NCBI GenBank assembly: GCA_965215265.1
Contig: OZ244048.1
Location: 960,001 to 1,024,000 of the forward strand
Source of the DNA: Candidatus Poribacteria bacterium
GTDB taxonomy: Bacteria; Poribacteria; WGA-4E; WGA-3G
Direction of reading: 5' to 3'
DNA length: 64,000 nt
Shown: positions 31,507 through 41,925 of the stretch, in pieces
Numbering within the stretch: position 1 is the first letter of the stretch
How the letters are laid out: each line of letters opens with the position of its first letter
Translations under genes and position numbers: made by a program
The notes under the pieces: generated by a model
Told to the model about the DNA's origin: nothing
Seen by the model: only the letters and a program-made list of their open reading frames with translations
Databases searched by the model: none

Positions 31507-32082
31507 TTGGAAGATTCAATGCCGATTACGGCCTCAGATTCAGATGATTGCTTGCTTAAAGGCATCCAAAACGGTGATGAGACCGCCCTCGTGGCACTCT
31601 TTGAGAAGTATGAATGTCTGATGATGGGGTTAGTCAAAAAAGAGTTGTTGCCTCATGCCGCTTATGCCGTAGAGGATGTCTACGCAGAGGCCCGTGCCGC
31701 TATTATAATACGTCTTAATAAGAATTCTCACGGCATCCACAACTTGAAAGCGTGGATCGGGACGGTGACGTGGAGCAAGTGCAAAGATTTTTGGCGCAAC
31801 ACTCAGAGATATCACGACTTAAAGCAAATCATGGCGGATATTTCTAAGGCAATAGCCGATGAGCAGTCGCCAGATGAGTGTGAGTATGAGGAAATAGTGT
31901 GGGAGCTAGTCAAAAAGTTGGGGCCCAAGTACATAAAAGTAGCAAAATTGCGTACGCAGGGTCTGTGGCTTTCAGATATAGCCATAGTTCTAGAGATACC
32001 GGAAAACACGGCGAAGTCTCGGTGGTACAAGATTCGCCGGACTATCTTAGAACGTTTTCCAAAAGATCCCACAACATCTTAA
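31507..32082 (+). CDS. ECF-type sigma-70 factor
   Basis: GDETALVALFEKY, EDV, LKAWI...CKDFWR (region 2); DIAIVLEIPENTAKSR (region 4). Confidence 0.82.
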   Translation: MEDSMPITASDSDDCLLKGIQNGDETALVALFEKYECLMMGLVKKELLPHAAYAVEDVYAEARAAIIIRLNKNSHGIHNLKAWIGTVTWSKCKDFWRNTQRYHDLKQIMADISKAIADEQSPDECEYEEIVWELVKKLGPKYIKVAKLRTQGLWLSDIAIVLEIPENTAKSRWYKIRRTILERFPKDPTTS

Positions 32083-32137
32083 CGATTAATAAGAATTTTC
32101 GGGAAGACTAATAAGTAAGTTAAGTGAGGTTTTGTCA

Positions 32138-32323
32138 ATGAATGAAAGCAAAAATCCCAACGAAACTCGAGATTCAGCCGACGAAACTCGAGATTCGGCC
32201 AAACTCAATGGTTCACTAGTCAGCGGCGTAATTCCCTCACCGGTGGATCCTATGAATATAGTGAAATTGATCTTGAAAGGATTAATAAGAGTTTTCGGAA
32301 AGACTAAAAAGACTAATAAGTAA
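32138..32323 (+). CDS. Small protein ending in a cationic amphipathic helix
   Basis: RBS GAGG; ...PVDPMNIVKLILKGLIRVFGKTKKTNK; diverged second copy at 44707-44877. Confidence 0.5.
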   Translation: MNESKNPNETRDSADETRDSAKLNGSLVSGVIPSPVDPMNIVKLILKGLIRVFGKTKKTNK

Positions 32324-32411
32324 GTAACGATAAGTAAGCTCGATACTGCCTTTGAGGACAAACACAAGGAGGCAGTTACGGAACTACTGCGGCTAAAAAC
32401 CATCTCGTCTA

Positions 32412-32570
32412 CGACAAGACGTGATGGACAAGCCCAAATTGATAAAGAAGTGTCACGGGTAGAAACGATTGACACCCTTCCTCACCAAGCAATTTGAGGA
32501 AATCAGTGACGTTGTAGGTGAGGAATAAATTCTGATGGAACATTACCGAGCGGTGGTGTGTGGAGCTTAG
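32412..32570 (+). pseudogene. Remnant copy of the 3' end of the dynamin-like gene
   Basis: Near-identical to 36054-36210 (gacaagacgtgatgg...gaataaattctga...gtgtgtggagctt). Confidence 0.8.
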
Positions 32571-32797
32571 GAAACACGCAATATCGCATGTTAACTTTAT
32601 TTTAACCTAATACCGCATAATGCCTCTAATCGGGGTTATACGGATATAAGAAAGGAAATCAATTGTGAATATGAAAATTACTGACCAGCTTTTGACAAAG
32701 CCATTGACGACATCAACCCAGACGATGCCAAAAGGGAGTTTAGCTGATTTCTTCCGTTTTGCCTCGCCTGAAACCTCGCCACCTTAAGGAGATTAAA

Positions 32798-33913
32798 ATG
32801 TCACAAGAACGAATTGATAAACTTGCAAACGTGCTCACGACTCACTCCACTAAAGTCCAAACCGGTGAATTTGTGCTTATCGAAGGTATTGACATCCCGC
32901 AAGAAATGGTCATTGCCCTTATCCGTGCGGTGCGGAAAGCCGGAGGAATTCCGCTCGTTGAACTGAAGCAAAACCGTATCCAACGTGAAATCATCCTCGG
33001 GGGTGATGACGCAGGAATAAAACGGGTTGGTGAATATGAAAGGTATCGTATGGAACGCGTGCAGGCTTACATCGGCATACGCGGCAGCCATAACATTACA
33101 GAGATGTCCGACGTGCCGGCGACAGCAATGCAGCGTTATGAAAAACTGTGGTTCATGCCTGTTCACATTGATATCCGCGTGCCAAAGACAAAATGGGTTG
33201 TCCTCCGGTGGCCCCTGCCGTCAATGGCACAACAGGCAAATATGAGCACAGAGGCGTTTGAGGATTTCTATTTTAAAGTTTGCACGCTTGACTACAGCCG
33301 AATGGCACGTGCCATGTCACCCCTCAAAGCGCTCATGGAGGCGACAGACGAAGTCCATATAGTCGGCAAAGGCACTGATTTGCGATTCAGCATCAAGGAT
33401 ATTCCCGTTATTCCATGTGCTGGTGAGAAAAATATCCCTGACGGTGAGTGCTTTACTGCGCCAGTGCGGGATTCTGTCAACGGCACGATCCATTTCAATA
33501 CACCCACAATCTATCAAGGGACCCCCTTTACTGACATCCGGCTCCGCTTTGAAAAGGGTAAAATCGTGGAGGCATCAGCGAACAATAGCGACAGGCTGAA
33601 TCAGATCCTCAATACGGACGAAGGTGCACGTTATATCGGCGAGTTTTCTATTGCGTTCAACCCTTACATCACCAATCCGATGCTTGATATTCTGTTTGAC
33701 GAAAAGATTGCCGGTTCATTTCATTTCACCCCCGGGCAGGCTTACGAGGAAGCAGATAACGGAGTCCATTCCGCTGTGCATTGGGATATGGTAATGATTC
33801 AAACGCCGGCACATGGGGGCGGGGAAATGTATTTCGACGGAAATCTCATTCGGAAGGACGGACGATTTGTCCATTCAGAATTGGAAGCGTTAAATCCGGA
33901 GCACTTGAAATGA
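32798..33913 (+). CDS. Aminopeptidase, M29 (AmpS/PepS-like)
   Basis: [37 protein letters not shown]. Confidence 0.93.
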   Translation: MSQERIDKLANVLTTHSTKVQTGEFVLIEGIDIPQEMVIALIRAVRKAGGIPLVELKQNRIQREIILGGDDAGIKRVGEYERYRMERVQAYIGIRGSHNITEMSDVPATAMQRYEKLWFMPVHIDIRVPKTKWVVLRWPLPSMAQQANMSTEAFEDFYFKVCTLDYSRMARAMSPLKALMEATDEVHIVGKGTDLRFSIKDIPVIPCAGEKNIPDGECFTAPVRDSVNGTIHFNTPTIYQGTPFTDIRLRFEKGKIVEASANNSDRLNQILNTDEGARYIGEFSIAFNPYITNPMLDILFDEKIAGSFHFTPGQAYEEADNGVHSAVHWDMVMIQTPAHGGGEMYFDGNLIRKDGRFVHSELEALNPEHLK

Positions 33914-34057
33914 GCAGGAAACAACATAGGGTATACGGAGATCTGCGGCGGTTTGAAGTTTCTGAATATAGATGTAAAAGATTAGACCAATCATGCCGTT
34001 ACAGACGCGTAGATGAACACATTAATCTAAGCTACTCCCCAGTTGAGGAGGATTAAA

Positions 34058-36169
34058 ATGTCACAAGAACGAACAGAGAAAGCCATCCAGGCACTCCAAA
34101 ACACGGCGGTATTGATTGGTAAATCTCAATCGCATCCGGTTGTCATTGCTGATGAGGAAGTCATCCCCGGTTTAGGATTAGACAATGATGCCGGTCTGTT
34201 GTTGGACAGTGTGGATTCGCTAAGAACATCCCAGCTACAAATTGCTTGTATAGGCAGGGCAAATAGCGGCAAGAGCACCCTAATTGAGGCGTTCGTAAAC
34301 AAGGAGATAGTTCAGGTACGGATAGTGCCCACCACTGGTGTGATTACCCGCATTGTTGGCGGCCCTGATTCTGATAAAGTCCGGCTCGTTGAAGGCGGGC
34401 GCGAGCGCGTTATTAGTCTAGAAGAATTCAATGATAAGTATTACCTCACAGAGAAAGAAGTCAATTCCATAGATGCCGGAGATCCTTTCCCTTTGCCCGA
34501 ACACATGGCAAAAGTTGATCACGCAACGCTGCAAATAGACTCGCCTTTCTTGAGACAAGGTATTTCGTTGGTTGATACACTCGGTTTTCAGGCGGGTGCT
34601 AAAGCTAAGATAATTACCAACAATTTTATTGACCGCGCAGATGTTATCTTTCTGGTACTCAATACCCGTGCTCTGCTTGATGCCTCCGAATTAGAATTAG
34701 TGAAAGAGATAGTAGGCAAGTGCACTGGTGATTCTACAAAGATGAGAAATATTTTCTTTGTTGCCAACAATTTCGCACTTGACGATGCAGAGAAACTATC
34801 TGTGGAAGAGACGTTGTTACGCCGTTTGAAACCTTACTTCACCGACGCGTCCGGGCAGTTTGATAAATCCCTCTACGATCGTCGTGTGTTTATAGTAGAC
34901 GCTAAGGCTGCCAGAGCCGTTAGACTCACGGGAGAATCATCAGGCGATGTGCTGGAAAAAACGGGCTTCTCGGCACTGAATAACGAAGTTCAGCAACTGT
35001 TTCGCGATAACGAAAATATCTCCCTCATCTTAGCAGGTGCAAGTCGGCGTGCAGCGTCCGCCGTTCAGAACGCACGAGGCACCATTGAAACTAAGAAAGT
35101 AGCCATCTTTCTAACCGAAGAAGATTGGAAAACAGCCGAAGCAGGTTTTAAAGAGCAACTGGATATAGCGCAAAAGAAAAGAGACGACACCGAAGCCACC
35201 ATTGTCAAATTCTTGAATGGGGCGAAAGAGAAATGCACCTTTCATTTTGAGCGCTATGCTACGGATTACTTTTTTGATGATCCGACTAGGGCTCGTACGG
35301 AGGAAAAGTGGCGTGCCCGATGGACAGAAGCATACACATCTACCGGAGTAGTCGGATTATTCGATATTGTAAAGGCCTCCTTTTCCAAAAACAGCCGGGC
35401 AGAATTGGAGGAAAAATTAGGTGTCGCAATCAAGAAAGTCTTTGATAACCTGTTTACCGGGTGGCAAAAAGCGTTTACGACATATCTAGAGGAGGATGAG
35501 GAACTGAAGACTTTGACAGGCGAACTTGAAGTGGAGCTCAAGGACTTCTCGGTAAAGGTCAATGAACTTCAGCGAACGATCACGAACAAGCCCACTGAGC
35601 CCGTTACGGATTTAGGCGAAAATAGAGAAAAAAAATTGCTACAGGCTTGCATAAGTATTCTGACACTTGATCTCAACCAGACAGTAGGACCGCTCATGCA
35701 GAGCAGCTGGAAGGCTACCCTAATACGTACATTGGCTCACGCTATAGGCCCAATCGTGGCAACACTAATAGCTGGGTTATTCGCTACGGGTCCTATAGCA
35801 GTCGCGGTAGGAATTGCCGTGTTAATAGCTGAAACCATTGCTGTGCTTTTGTGGGACCACTCTGTATTTGAGGCAAAACTCGCCAACCGCGTCGGTGAAG
35901 AATTAAGAAAGAAGATAATGCTAGCCATGCCTGATATAAAGTACGCGTTACATAACAAAATAGATGAAACCTTCAAGGACCGTTTGGCTAAGGTCTCACA
36001 ACGCCTGACTGCAGAAATTGATGAAGTAAAGCGTATATACGACACTTCAGTTGAGACAAGACGTGATGGGCAAGCCCAAATTGATAAAGAGGTGTCACGG
36101 TTAGAAGCTATTGACACCCTTCTCACCAAGCAATTTGAGGAAATCAGTGAGGTCGTGGGTGACGAATAA
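34058..36169 (+). CDS. Bacterial dynamin-like protein (DLP1), full length
   Basis: G1 GRANSGKST, G2 PTT, G3 DTLG, helical stalk, hydrophobic paddle (GPIVATLIAGLFATGPIAVAVGIAVLIA). Confidence 0.88.
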   Translation: MSQERTEKAIQALQNTAVLIGKSQSHPVVIADEEVIPGLGLDNDAGLLLDSVDSLRTSQLQIACIGRANSGKSTLIEAFVNKEIVQVRIVPTTGVITRIVGGPDSDKVRLVEGGRERVISLEEFNDKYYLTEKEVNSIDAGDPFPLPEHMAKVDHATLQIDSPFLRQGISLVDTLGFQAGAKAKIITNNFIDRADVIFLVLNTRALLDASELELVKEIVGKCTGDSTKMRNIFFVANNFALDDAEKLSVEETLLRRLKPYFTDASGQFDKSLYDRRVFIVDAKAARAVRLTGESSGDVLEKTGFSALNNEVQQLFRDNENISLILAGASRRAASAVQNARGTIETKKVAIFLTEEDWKTAEAGFKEQLDIAQKKRDDTEATIVKFLNGAKEKCTFHFERYATDYFFDDPTRARTEEKWRARWTEAYTSTGVVGLFDIVKASFSKNSRAELEEKLGVAIKKVFDNLFTGWQKAFTTYLEEDEELKTLTGELEVELKDFSVKVNELQRTITNKPTEPVTDLGENREKKLLQACISILTLDLNQTVGPLMQSSWKATLIRTLAHAIGPIVATLIAGLFATGPIAVAVGIAVLIAETIAVLLWDHSVFEAKLANRVGEELRKKIMLAMPDIKYALHNKIDETFKDRLAKVSQRLTAEIDEVKRIYDTSVETRRDGQAQIDKEVSRLEAIDTLLTKQFEEISEVVGDE

Positions 36170-36262
36170 ATTCTGAGCGATTAGAACATTACCGAGGTGT
36201 GTGGAGCTTCTCTTCGCGGACGGGCGAAGCACGCCTTGCTTAAATTTAAGGAGCTAACTGCA

Positions 36263-36535
36263 ATGAAAAACATGTTTAGAACCTTAGCTTTACTGATGGT
36301 AAGCTTACTTGCCGTTTGCATGATTGGCTGTGACATGGAAGAGTACTCAAAGGGTATAGAGGTGAAGACGAAGTTCTCAAGATGGTCTATTTTATACTTT
36401 GCAGCAGTCGGCGGCTACCTCCTCTTCAAAGTAATTACCTCTCTGCATAAGTTTACAAAATCGAGCAAGACAAGGAGAGTGGAATTGTCAACGACCCGAA
36501 TGGCCAAACGGCAGTATCCGCCTCCTGAAGTCTAA
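36263..36535 (+). CDS. Small putative lipoprotein/membrane protein
   Basis: RBS AAGGAG; signal peptide with lipobox MIGC, then a second hydrophobic segment. Confidence 0.6.
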   Translation: MKNMFRTLALLMVSLLAVCMIGCDMEEYSKGIEVKTKFSRWSILYFAAVGGYLLFKVITSLHKFTKSSKTRRVELSTTRMAKRQYPPPEV

Positions 36536-36881
36536 CAGCATCATTATTTTACTGATTGTCGTGAAACTTAGTAGAATTCACACAAGTAAGTCGCCTTTCG
36601 GTGATTGAGCTAGCAAGGCAAGGGGGAGGCACTCGAGCACTGCGTGCCGGTGCAGCCGCCTTCAACAGAATAAGGAGATTGAACTACACACACGCGATGT
36701 CGTGGAGAGACCTGGATTGGGCTTGTCAACCTATTAGCTCTTCAATTCCTTGTAAACAAGGGGGGGCAAGCGTTCGAGTGTTTAATACTTAACACCCGTT
36801 ATATTACTGGTTTGGATGCTCCGGGTGTTAAACTACTGGCGGTTCGAAATACAAAGAGGTCAATTAAGGGGGTGATTATTT

Positions 36882-37007
36882 ATGGTTCCTGATGGTGGTC
36901 TTCCTGGTAATGCTGGTGGTGAGGGTTTTGGTTGTCTGGGCACTTTCTTGTTTGTTGTTGGTGTGATTCTTTTGATTGTCTTGCTTACGGTCTTAGGTGT
37001 GTCTTGA
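36882..37007 (+). CDS. 41-aa single-pass membrane peptide (below the ORF-track cutoff)
   Basis: RBS AAGGGGGTG; MVPDGGLPGNAGGEGFGCLGTFLFVVGVILLIVLLTVLGVS. Confidence 0.5.
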   Translation: MVPDGGLPGNAGGEGFGCLGTFLFVVGVILLIVLLTVLGVS

Positions 37008-37280
37008 TACCCTTTCTCGTTTCGATGGCTCACGTGGGCTTTTTGACGCTTTGTTAACGCTCTTTCTTGCATTTCCCTTTTTTGTTGGTGGCTCACGTGG
37101 GCACCCTGCTGGCTCATGTGGCATCTTAAGGTGTCTCATTTCATGCTCTCTTGGCTGTGCGGTCGCATCGCGACCGTTCATTATGGGAAGCGATGAGTCA
37201 GTGCGTCTACAGGAAAGTGCTGACAGATGCAGAGATACAAGCACGTTTAGACCGTTGCTTAAGGAGAAGGCGAACGCACC

Positions 37281-37511
37281 ACTCGACTGTGCTGGAGCAG
37301 ACTGCAAAGCGATGGCAAGAAGGTATCACTGCGACTGAGGACTTGTCCCGAGAGTAGTTCTACGTCTCTCGGGTTCGTGCACGGACGCATTGGGGGTTGC
37401 GGACGCGTCTGAACAATAAGTTTGGAGCGTGTCTTCTCCGCGCGTTCCTGAATCAATGTTTAGGACACCCCTTAGAAGCCAGGAGATGAAAGGAAAACAT
37501 GATGAACATTA
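37281..37511 (+). repeat. 231-bp module duplicated at 45048-45278 (DLP2 fragment + structured spacer + RBS/start)
   Basis: Direct comparison, offset 7767, few mismatches. Confidence 0.9.
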
Positions 37512-38301
37512 GAATTGTCCCAGAAGGAATGGTGCTCATCCCCGGCGGCACCTTCCAGATGGGCAGCAACGATAACGATGCTGAGGCCTGGGATGAAGAA
37601 CAGCCTGTGCATACGGTGCATGTGGACGCGTTCTACATGGACACGCACGAAGTGACGAACGCCGAGTATCAAAGTTTTCTGCTGGCGAATCCCGAGTGGC
37701 AGAAGGGCATCTTCCGGATTTCCTCCACATTGATTATTACCTAGTGGATTGGAACTGGGACGGTAATAACTATCGTCCGGGTAAGGGGGACCATCCTGTG
37801 GAGAGTATGTCGTGGTATGGTGCGATGGCGTATGCTGCGTGGGCAGGTAAGCGTCTTCCAACGGAGGCGGAGTGGGAGTATGCGGCACGCGGTGGGTTAG
37901 TTGGTAAGAAATACCCGTGGGGAGACACGATTACGCCGAACGATGCGAACTACGGTAAGAATGTAGGCGGTACAAAGGCTGTGGGGAGTTATGCTGCGAA
38001 CGGGTATGGGCTGTTCGACATGGCAGGCAACGTGCCAGAGTGGTGTCTGGATGCGTATAATGTGGATTTCTATTCTCAGTCTCCGTCTCGGAATCCGCTG
38101 AGTGGTGTGTCTGGCAGTACGCTCGCGAATCTGGATGAGATTGTAGATAACTATATAATTATTAGGTCTGATCGCGTGTTGCGCGGCGGTAGCTGGGCCA
38201 CTAATTCACGCTACCTGCGCGCCGCGGCTCGCGGCGGGAATGCCCCGACGTTCACGGACTACGACATCGGGTTCCGGTGTGCGAGGGCTGTAACCCCTTA
38301 A
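37499..38301 (+). CDS. FGE-sulfatase/CLec-fold protein, DGR-type target copy 1 (1-nt frameshift at 37705-37707)
   Basis: GMVLIPGGTFQMG, HEVTN, RLPTEAEWEYAARGG, RVLRGGSW...GFRCARAVTP; split across ORFs 37499-37744 and 37696-38301. Confidence 0.88.
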
Positions 38302-38383
38302 ATCTTTAACCCTTTACCCCTTCCGAGCTGCGCGCAGCTCGAGTCGCGACACGAAGAATTTGAACAAAGGAGAATTTATCGTA

Positions 38384-39208
38384 ATGATTCGTACCGAAAC
38401 GCAGACACCAATTGTCCCAGAAGGAATGGTGCCCATCCCCGGCGGCATCTTCCAGATGGGCAGCAACGATGCTGATGCCTGGGATGACGAGCAGTGGGAT
38501 GACGAGCAGCCTGCGCATCCGGTGTTTATGGACACGTTCTACATGGACACGCACGAGGTGACGAATCTGGAATACAAACGTTTTGTGCTGGCGAACCCAC
38601 AGTGGCAGAAGACGCTGATTCCGGATGCACTCCAAAGTGTTTTTTACCTAAAACATTGGAGCGGTAATAACTATCCTTCGGGTGAGGCGAACCATCCGGT
38701 GGTATATGTGTCGTGGTATGCGGCGATGGCATATTCCGCGTGGGCAGGTAAACGTCTTCCGACGGAGGCAGAGTGGGAGAAAGCGGCACGGGCACGCGGT
38801 GGACGATCAGGGTTAAAGTATCCGTGGGGGAATACAATCTCCTCTGCGCGTGCGAACTACGATGATAATGTAGGGGATACGCGTCCTGTGGGGAGTTATG
38901 CGTCGAACGGGTATGGGCTGTATGATATGGCGGGGAACGTGTGGGAGTGGTGCCTGGATGAGTATGATGCGGATTTTTATTCTGCGTCTCCGTCTAGTAA
39001 TCCGCTGAGTGGTGTGTCTGGCAGTATGCTCGCGAATCTGGATGAGATTGTAGATGACTATACAAATATTAAGTCTCGTCGCGTGCTGCGTGGCGGGGGT
39101 TGGCTCGATTTTTCACGCGACCTGCGTGTCGCCGCTCGCTCCAAGAATACGCCAACGCTCACGAGCTCCGGCGTCGGGTTCCGGTGTGCGAGGGCTGTAA
39201 CCCCTTAA
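38384..39208 (+). CDS. FGE-sulfatase/CLec-fold protein, DGR-type target copy 2
   Basis: Same motifs; variable region 39080-39208. Confidence 0.92.
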   Translation: MIRTETQTPIVPEGMVPIPGGIFQMGSNDADAWDDEQWDDEQPAHPVFMDTFYMDTHEVTNLEYKRFVLANPQWQKTLIPDALQSVFYLKHWSGNNYPSGEANHPVVYVSWYAAMAYSAWAGKRLPTEAEWEKAARARGGRSGLKYPWGNTISSARANYDDNVGDTRPVGSYASNGYGLYDMAGNVWEWCLDEYDADFYSASPSSNPLSGVSGSMLANLDEIVDDYTNIKSRRVLRGGGWLDFSRDLRVAARSKNTPTLTSSGVGFRCARAVTP

Positions 39209-39290
39209 ATCTTTAACCCTTTACCCCTTCCGAGCTGCGCGCAGCTCGAGTCGCGACACGAAAAATTTGAACAAAGGAGAATTTATCGTA

Positions 39291-40139
39291 ATGATTCGTA
39301 CCGAAACTCATATTGACATCGCGACTCGATTAGACGATATCGCGGTTTTGATTGGAGCAGAACAAGATAAACCCATTACGCTACACACAGGCGACACCGT
39401 GGAGAGACCTGGACTGGGCCTGTCAACCCACTCGACCGTGCTGGAGCAGACTGCAAAGCGATGGCAAAAAGGTATCACCAACATCCCCGTCGTCGGCTCC
39501 GTTTCTGTCGGTAAATCGACGCTCCTGAATGGCTTGTTGGACACGGACTTACCTGCAGGGAAAGGTGCCGTGACGGGGATAATCCTGGAACTCACGGCTG
39601 AAGCGTTTGACGACTTTAGAGTCTTTTATACGGATGGGACGGAAAAGACGATGACTGCCGAAGCATATCGAGACTTTAGTTGCGTATACACAAGAGACCC
39701 TTTCGTAGGCGGTGGGCCGTTTAGGCTCCCGGCGCGTTTGCAAACTGTTCAGTATGCGCGTTTAGGCAGGCTGCGCGGTTTACCGGAAAAAGGGCTCGTG
39801 TTCATTGATACCCTCGGTTTCAATGCGGGAGGTGCCGCCGCGGCGGTGACGCGCGGCTATCTCAGCAATGCGGATATCGTGATAATGGTTCTCAACAGTA
39901 ACCAACTCTTTACAGAGACAGATGTTGAGATGCTCCGGGATATCGTTGCCGGTGGCATTGAAAGAGAGGGCGTGGAAGACGCGTCGATTTTCTTCGTTAT
40001 CAACACTTTCGCTCAGGATACCGATGCGGATAAAGAGGAAGCGCTGAAGCAGGTGTCAGCGAAACTGGAAGGGCTCGTTCCTCCTGAAAAGAGAGACAAT
40101 CGCATTTTCTTGGTAGATGCGTGGACAGCCAGGAGATGA
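39291..40139 (+). CDS. Dynamin-like protein DLP2, GTPase domain only (truncated)
   Basis: PGLGL N-terminus homologous to DLP1, GSVSVGKST, DTLGF; ends at RIFLVDAWTARR. Confidence 0.8.
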   Translation: MIRTETHIDIATRLDDIAVLIGAEQDKPITLHTGDTVERPGLGLSTHSTVLEQTAKRWQKGITNIPVVGSVSVGKSTLLNGLLDTDLPAGKGAVTGIILELTAEAFDDFRVFYTDGTEKTMTAEAYRDFSCVYTRDPFVGGGPFRLPARLQTVQYARLGRLRGLPEKGLVFIDTLGFNAGGAAAAVTRGYLSNADIVIMVLNSNQLFTETDVEMLRDIVAGGIEREGVEDASIFFVINTFAQDTDADKEEALKQVSAKLEGLVPPEKRDNRIFLVDAWTARR

Positions 40140-40148
40140 AAGGAAAAC

Positions 40149-40988
40149 ATGATGAACATTAGAATTGTCCCAGAAGGAATGGTGCTCATCCCCGGCGGCA
40201 CCTTCCAGATGGGCAGCAAGGATGCCGAGGCCTTAAATGACGAGCAGCCTACGCATACGGTGTATGTGGACGCGTTCTACGACGAGCAGCCTGTGCATAC
40301 GGTGTATGTGGACGCGTTCTACATGGACACGCACGAAGTGACGAACGCCGAGTATAAAAGTTTTCTGCTGGCAAACCCGCAGTGGCAGAAGACGCAGATT
40401 CCGGATGCCCTCCATAATGGTCGTTATCTAAGCCATTGGGACGGTAATAACTATCCAGTGGGTGAGGCGGACCATCCCGTGACGTATGTGTCGTGGTATG
40501 GTGCGATGGCGTATGCTGCGTGGGCGGGTAAGCGTCTTCCAACGGAGGCGGAGTGGGAGAAAGCGGCACGCGGGGGGTTAGTTGATAAGAGATATCCGTG
40601 GGGGGACACGATTACGCCGAACGATGCGAACTACGGTAAGAATGTAGGCGGTACAACGGCTGTGGGGAGTTATGCTGCGAACGGGTATGGGCTGTTCGAC
40701 ATGGCAGGCAACGTGTCAGAGTGGTGTCTGGATGAGTGGGATGCGGATTTTTATTCTCAGTCTCCGTCTCGGAATCCGCTGAGTGGTGTGTCTGGCAGTA
40801 CACTCGCGAATCTGGCTGAGATTGTAGATAACTATACAAATATTGAGTCTGATCGCGTGTTGCGTGGCGGTAGTTGGTACTGTGCTTCACGACTCCTGCG
40901 TGTCACCTTTCGCCCCGAGATTACACCAACGTTCACGCTCTACCCCGCCGGCCTCGGGTTCCGGTGTGCGAGGGCTGTAACCCCTTAA
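40149..40988 (+). CDS. FGE-sulfatase/CLec-fold protein, DGR-type target copy 3
   Basis: Same motifs; 42-nt internal duplication at 40239-40322; variable region 40854-40988. Confidence 0.92.
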   Translation: MMNIRIVPEGMVLIPGGTFQMGSKDAEALNDEQPTHTVYVDAFYDEQPVHTVYVDAFYMDTHEVTNAEYKSFLLANPQWQKTQIPDALHNGRYLSHWDGNNYPVGEADHPVTYVSWYGAMAYAAWAGKRLPTEAEWEKAARGGLVDKRYPWGDTITPNDANYGKNVGGTTAVGSYAANGYGLFDMAGNVSEWCLDEWDADFYSQSPSRNPLSGVSGSTLANLAEIVDNYTNIESDRVLRGGSWYCASRLLRVTFRPEITPTFTLYPAGLGFRCARAVTP

Positions 40989-41080
40989 ATCTTTACCCCT
41001 TTACCCCTTCCGAGCCGTATCCGGAGCGAATGGCACATAGAAGAATTTGAACGATGACTTAAAAAGGAGATTTTATCATA

Positions 41081-41857
41081 ATGAACAGTGCCGAAACTCA
41101 TATTGACAGAGAAGAAACAACCGAACCGCAGACACCAATTGTCCCAGAAGGAATGGTGCTCATCCCCGCAGGCGAGTTCCAGATGGGCAACGACGATCCT
41201 GTGCATACAGTGTATGTAGACGCGTTCTATATGGACACGCACGAAGTGACGAACGCTGAGTATCAAACTTTTGTGCTGGCGAACCCGCAGTGGCAGAAGA
41301 CGCTGATTCCGGATGTTCTCCACAATGGTGATTACCTAAACCATTGGGACGGTAATAACTATCCAGTGGGTATGGGGGACCATCCTGTGACGTATGTGTC
41401 GTGGTATGCGGCGATGGCATATTCCGCGTGGGCAGGGAAGCGTCTTCCAACGGAGGCAGAGTGGAAGAAAGCGGCCGGTGATCTGGCAGTCCCACGTCTG
41501 GGCGATGCGAACTATGCAGCCGGTACAACGGCTGTGGGGAGTTATGCTGCGAACGGGTATGGGCTATATGATATGGCAGGCAACGTGTGGGAGTGGTGTC
41601 TGGATGAGTGGGATGCAGATTTTTATTCTCAGTCTCCGTCTAGTAATCCGCTGAGTGGTGTGTCTGGCAGTATGCTCGCGAATCTGGATGAGATTGTAGA
41701 TGACTATACAAATATTAAGTCTCGTCGCGTGTCGTGTGGCGGGCCTTTGTACGCTGCTCCGTGGGGCCTGCGTGTCGCCAATCTCGGCAGGTATTCTCCA
41801 CCGGCGTTCACGCTCGACTGCTTCGGGTTCCGGTGTGCGCGGGCTGTTACTCCTTAA
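41081..41857 (+). CDS. FGE-sulfatase/CLec-fold protein, DGR-type target copy 4 (somewhat degenerate)
   Basis: Same motifs, but RGGSW is replaced by CGGPL; variable region 41726-41857. Confidence 0.88.
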   Translation: MNSAETHIDREETTEPQTPIVPEGMVLIPAGEFQMGNDDPVHTVYVDAFYMDTHEVTNAEYQTFVLANPQWQKTLIPDVLHNGDYLNHWDGNNYPVGMGDHPVTYVSWYAAMAYSAWAGKRLPTEAEWKKAAGDLAVPRLGDANYAAGTTAVGSYAANGYGLYDMAGNVWEWCLDEWDADFYSQSPSSNPLSGVSGSMLANLDEIVDDYTNIKSRRVSCGGPLYAAPWGLRVANLGRYSPPAFTLDCFGFRCARAVTP

Positions 41858-41925
41858 ATCTTCAACCCTTTACCCCTTCCGAGCTGCATGCAGATGGGCT
41901 TGCGACCTAAGGAGAATTTATCGTA

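Noticed and set aside
36860-37117. A-rich minus strand (caacaacaaac...) as the possible DGR template repeat
   Set aside because: It lacks the invariant VR anchors (GGCGG...TGG, CTGCG, GGGTTCCGGTG). I found no TR or reverse transcriptase anywhere in the window.
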